Shown piece by piece: positions 61,092 to 64,000 of a stretch of DNA of 64,000 nucleotides (its first letter is position 1; each line of letters begins with the position of its first letter). The DNA lies in the NCBI GenBank assembly GCA_045597465.1, contig JAZLKG010000057.1:21979-85978 (forward strand), in the 5' to 3' direction. This DNA comes from Bacteroidales bacterium. GTDB lineage: Bacteria > Bacteroidota > Bacteroidia > Bacteroidales > UBA3824. The notes below the pieces were generated by a model that saw only the letters and a list, made by a program, of their open reading frames with translations, ran no database searches and was not told the DNA's origin. A program made the translations under genes and the position numbers.

Positions 61092-61757
61092 TTAACGGCC
61101 CCTCTTCCTGAAGTCCCTTCTCACTTCCTCAAAGGCTGTGTCGAAGGCTTCCTGGGCCATGTGTCCCACCGAACGGCAGGCGTTTACCATGGCGCCTATG
61201 GCTGCGAAGTTTTTCCCGATTCCGGTGGAATCGCATACAAAATCCACCGAGCGGTTGGCGCGGATGCCTATGTTCTGGGCAGTCTCCACAGCGTCGATGT
61301 TGGCGCCCAGGAATATGAACTCCCAGCCGTATTTCTCCTGCTCGCGCGATATCATGGAGCGGATCTGCGGAGCGCTGTATTCTCGCGAGGCGTTCTCATA
61401 GCCGTCGGTAATCACCACGAAGATCACATTTGAGGCCTTCTCGTCGTCGGCGGCCATTTTCTGTACCTGGATGGTGTGGCTGATGGCGTTGCCGAGGGCA
61501 TCGAGCAGGGCTGTGCAGCCGCCGGGAATGTAGTCCCTGGAGGTGAGGGGCTCCACCTCTGCGATATTCTTGCGGTTGTGGATCACCTGCTGGCGGTCCG
61601 AGAAAAATATTGTGGATATGTGGCACCTGCCCTCGCCGTCCTTGTGCTGATTGAGCATGGAATTGAATCCGCCTATGGTGTCGCTCTCCAATCCAGACAT
61701 CGATCCTGACTTGTCGATAATGAATACGAGCTCTGTGATGTTGTTTTTCTTTTCCAT
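61092..61757 (-). CDS. von Willebrand factor A (vWA) domain protein
   Basis: 221 aa. MIDAS motif DKSGSMSG in VFIIDKSGSMSGLE, and later VITDGYENAS. Confidence 0.8.
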   Translation of the reverse strand: MEKKNNITELVFIIDKSGSMSGLESDTIGGFNSMLNQHKDGEGRCHISTIFFSDRQQVIHNRKNIAEVEPLTSRDYIPGGCTALLDALGNAISHTIQVQKMAADDEKASNVIFVVITDGYENASREYSAPQIRSMISREQEKYGWEFIFLGANIDAVETAQNIGIRANRSVDFVCDSTGIGKNFAAIGAMVNACRSVGHMAQEAFDTAFEEVRRDFRKRGR

Positions 61758-61913
61758 AATAATGCAATTTTAATAATATGAGGAGTGAGTAATTATTTAT
61801 CTCACAATGCAAAACTACATAAGCGGAGACTGGCGGATGTCGCCCGGCAGGCGACAATTTGCATGGGAAGCGCCTGGGATAGACACGCGGCATCAAGAAG
61901 GGGCAAAAAAAAA

Positions 61914-61990
61914 CTGACGCATACCGCCAATCAATTGCCTGGACAATGCATGGAAGCCATGTCCGGCAATTGTCTGGCGGTATACGTCAG
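61914..61990 (-). terminator. 77-nt extended hairpin followed by T9 (terminator of the XRE gene, or a small structured RNA)
   Basis: CTGACGCATACCGCCA (61914-61929) pairs with TGGCGGTATACGTCAG (61975-61990). Inner stems pair CAATTGCC with GGCAATTG and GGACA with TGTCC. The minus strand continues with T9. Confidence 0.6.
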
Positions 61991-62020
61991 CCCAATTAAA
62001 GAATTCCAGGAATTATTAAT

Positions 62021-62221
62021 TTAGTCGTTCTCCTCGAGGGTGAAGATATCCTCGAGTCTTACCTTGAAGAATCTGGCTATCTTGAGAGCGAGTACTGTGT
62101 TTGGGATAAACTTGCCAGTCTCGATAGCGTGGATAGTCTGCCTTGAAACATCAACGCGCTCTGCCAACTCAGCCTGAGTGATCTTCTTCTTGGCACGCTC
62201 TACTCTTATTGTATTTTCCAT
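62021..62221 (-). CDS. XRE-family HTH transcriptional regulator
   Basis: 66 aa. ITQAELAERVDVSRQTIHAIETGKFIPNTVLALKIARFF. Confidence 0.88.
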   Translation of the reverse strand: MENTIRVERAKKKITQAELAERVDVSRQTIHAIETGKFIPNTVLALKIARFFKVRLEDIFTLEEND

Positions 62222-62356
62222 AACAATTGTGATAAATTAGTGATTGTTTTAATATGTTTATTTCTGATTTCTTTATGTACAATTTCCATACCAAAATTAC
62301 AAAGCATAATTGTAATAAATTAAAATTCTATGGTAAATAATTCGGCATAAGTTGAA

Positions 62357-63004
62357 TTATTGCCACATTTCTTCAATAAAAGAGTATATCTGAGTGAAAT
62401 TATCTATAGTGTACTTTTCGTCGTGGAGTATGGAATCCTCTGACAATCTGGCGATAAACTGTATTCCAGTGGACCTGGCGGCATCGCGGTCGGTGGTGGC
62501 ATCTCCCACGAACAATGCGTTGGAATTTTTTATAGAAAATTTGTCAAGCATGGCCCGTATGTGCATATCCTTGGTGTCGGGCGAGCCAAACACGCCGTCG
62601 AAATACCCGCCTATGCCCTTGGCCTCCACGATGCGGCGCATCTCGTCCTGAGGAGTACCCGACGAGACAAAAACCCTGCTCCGGCCCTGGCACGACTTCA
62701 GGAAATCCTCGACGCCCTCGGTAAGGGGAGCCTTCACAACCTCCTGCTCCACCCATGCGGTGAATCTCTCGCTCATCATCTTGTGCTCTCCGGGTGTGAT
62801 TTCGCGGTGGAGCAGCATGCGGTGCAGTATCGGGAACAGTTTCACCCTCGACACTCCGCCATGAAGCAGATGATAATCGAGCGCCTGCTGCGCTATCTGG
62901 GCGCCAAACTCGGCGTAGGAATTGTAATAAGCGGCGTTCTTTATCTGGCAGCTCTCGCAGATTACACCGTCAAAATCTAAAAATATTGCCTCTGGATATC
63001 TCAT
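62357..63004 (-). CDS. HAD-superfamily hydrolase
   Basis: Start MRYPEAIFLDFDGVI (motif I DxDG) at 63004. Motif IV-like VGDATTD. Confidence 0.8.
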   Translation of the reverse strand: MRYPEAIFLDFDGVICESCQIKNAAYYNSYAEFGAQIAQQALDYHLLHGGVSRVKLFPILHRMLLHREITPGEHKMMSERFTAWVEQEVVKAPLTEGVEDFLKSCQGRSRVFVSSGTPQDEMRRIVEAKGIGGYFDGVFGSPDTKDMHIRAMLDKFSIKNSNALFVGDATTDRDAARSTGIQFIARLSEDSILHDEKYTIDNFTQIYSFIEEMWQ

Positions 63005-63176
63005 ATTGTTTACAAAAATGCGTCGCAAATGTACAAAATTATGCAATACATCAAAACAAATTTCTTATTTAATTTTTGCTAAATATATCAAATTGTAGTA
63101 ACAAATTAGAAATATTTAATTAACTTTGCAATCTGTAAATAAGAAACAAAAACGCAATTTATTCTATAAAGAACAA

Positions 63177-64000
63177 ATGAAAGAGAAACTGAAGGAACTT
63201 GTTCCGCACTTAGTTGTAATTTTGGCCTTCATTATAGTAAGCGCCTGCTATTTCTACCCTATAATGGGAGGCAAAGACCTGATACAGAGCGACAACATCC
63301 AAGCCACCGGCATGTCGCACGAGATTAGCCAATATGAGGAGCAGACGGGCGAATACTCCGCCTGGACCAACTCCATGTTTGGCGGAATGCCTTCGTACCA
63401 GATCAAGGGACCGGAGACATTCAATATCCATCTGATGCTGCAGAGATTCCTGCACCTATTCCTGCCATACAGCACCATGGCGATATTCTTCGTGTACCTG
63501 CTGGGATTCTACCTACTGCTCACGAGCCTCAAGTTCAAGAGAGGCATTGCAGTGATAGGCGCGCTCGCGTTTGCCCTTAGCAGCTACAACGTGATAATAA
63601 TAGCCGCCGGACACATCACCAAGTGCTACGCCATAGCATACATGGCTCCGGTGCTGGCTGGCATCATCCACTGCTACAACAAGGAATATGTGAAGGGATT
63701 CTTCCTGACCACATTCGCCCTCGGCATCGAGATAGCGTGCAACCACCCTCAGATACTCTACTATCTGGCGATACTGTGCGGCGTATTCTTCGTATACAAG
63801 GCAATAGTCACCTACAGAGAGAAGAAGCATCAGGAGGCTGATGCCGACAGCGATGGCTGGAAGAGCTTCGGCAAGGCCACAGCAATAGTGGCAGTGGCAT
63901 GCGTGTTCGCAGTATTGCCCAACATCACCAACCTCTGGACCACATGGGAGTACGGCAAGTATTCCACAAGAAGCCAGAGCGAGCTATCGAGCAAGCAGCA
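63177..64000 (+). CDS. polytopic membrane protein, YfhO-like (N-terminal part; runs off the window end)
   Basis: ATG at 63177 (MKEKLKELVPHLVVILAFIIVSACYFYPIMGG...SMFGGMPSYQI) with an open frame to 64000. Absent from the track because there is no stop. Multiple TM helices. The family call is tentative. Confidence 0.55.
   Translation, partial: MKEKLKELVPHLVVILAFIIVSACYFYPIMGGKDLIQSDNIQATGMSHEISQYEEQTGEYSAWTNSMFGGMPSYQIKGPETFNIHLMLQRFLHLFLPYSTMAIFFVYLLGFYLLLTSLKFKRGIAVIGALAFALSSYNVIIIAAGHITKCYAIAYMAPVLAGIIHCYNKEYVKGFFLTTFALGIEIACNHPQILYYLAILCGVFFVYKAIVTYREKKHQEADADSDGWKSFGKATAIVAVACVFAVLPNITNLWTTWEYGKYSTRSQSELSSKQ

Noticed and set aside
61054-61094. Short tandem repeat AGATTAAAGTT(T/C)AA, about 3 copies, between the convergent radical-SAM and vWA genes
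   Set aside because: It is very short and AT-rich, lies at convergent 3' ends, and probably just contributes to termination. Nothing else distinguishes it.

Overview
The window looks like a chromosomal segment of a Bacteroidota (Bacteroidales-like) genome. This rests on the gene order xerC-like recombinase / hpf / tRNA-Thr-Tyr-Gly-Thr / tuf / tRNA-Trp / secE / nusG / rplKAJL / rpoBC, on many SpII lipoprotein signals, and on TTTG...TAnnTTTG promoters.

Housekeeping genes:
- uvrA, gmhA-like isomerase, rpe, a deoxynucleoside kinase, rpsU and hisH-hisA-hisF-hisIE.
- The tuf-to-rpoC block at 40.4-53.6 kb.

Other chromosomal genes:
- Two glycosidases (GH43-like and GH3) and two tandem GPH transporters.
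- Two S46 dipeptidyl-peptidase paralogues and an M1 metallopeptidase.
- A Sel1-caspase, a BspA-type LRR protein and a serpin.

AT-rich accessory insertions interrupt this backbone:
1. 5.2-7.0 kb: a DUF4143-type AAA ATPase bounded by a duplicated 31-bp promoter, with four 23-bp iteron-like repeats in its leader.
2. 9.2-14.8 kb: an island in which one 40-bp promoter cassette occurs three times. It heads units that pair PD-(D/E)XK nucleases with multi-TM proteins, including two compositionally chimeric paralogues.
3. 15.8-19.7 kb: two paralogous lipoproteins followed by a toxin-less YD-repeat protein.
4. 24.5-26.7 kb: an NVEALA-like Cys-rich peptide, a 6-bladed beta-propeller lipoprotein and a membrane CxxC thioredoxin-fold protein.
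5. 27.3-28.4 kb: a HigB/Gp49-like toxin and XRE antitoxin bracketed by 60-bp direct repeats, with no recombinase inside.

The intergenic DNA also holds structure that gene models do not explain:
- Hairpins built from 9-bp phased repeats.
- A 243-bp nested palindromic element splitting the his operon.
- A recurring perfect 16-bp palindrome.

I found no rRNA, CRISPR array, IS transposase or prophage. All family assignments come from motif recognition by eye; no database search was possible.
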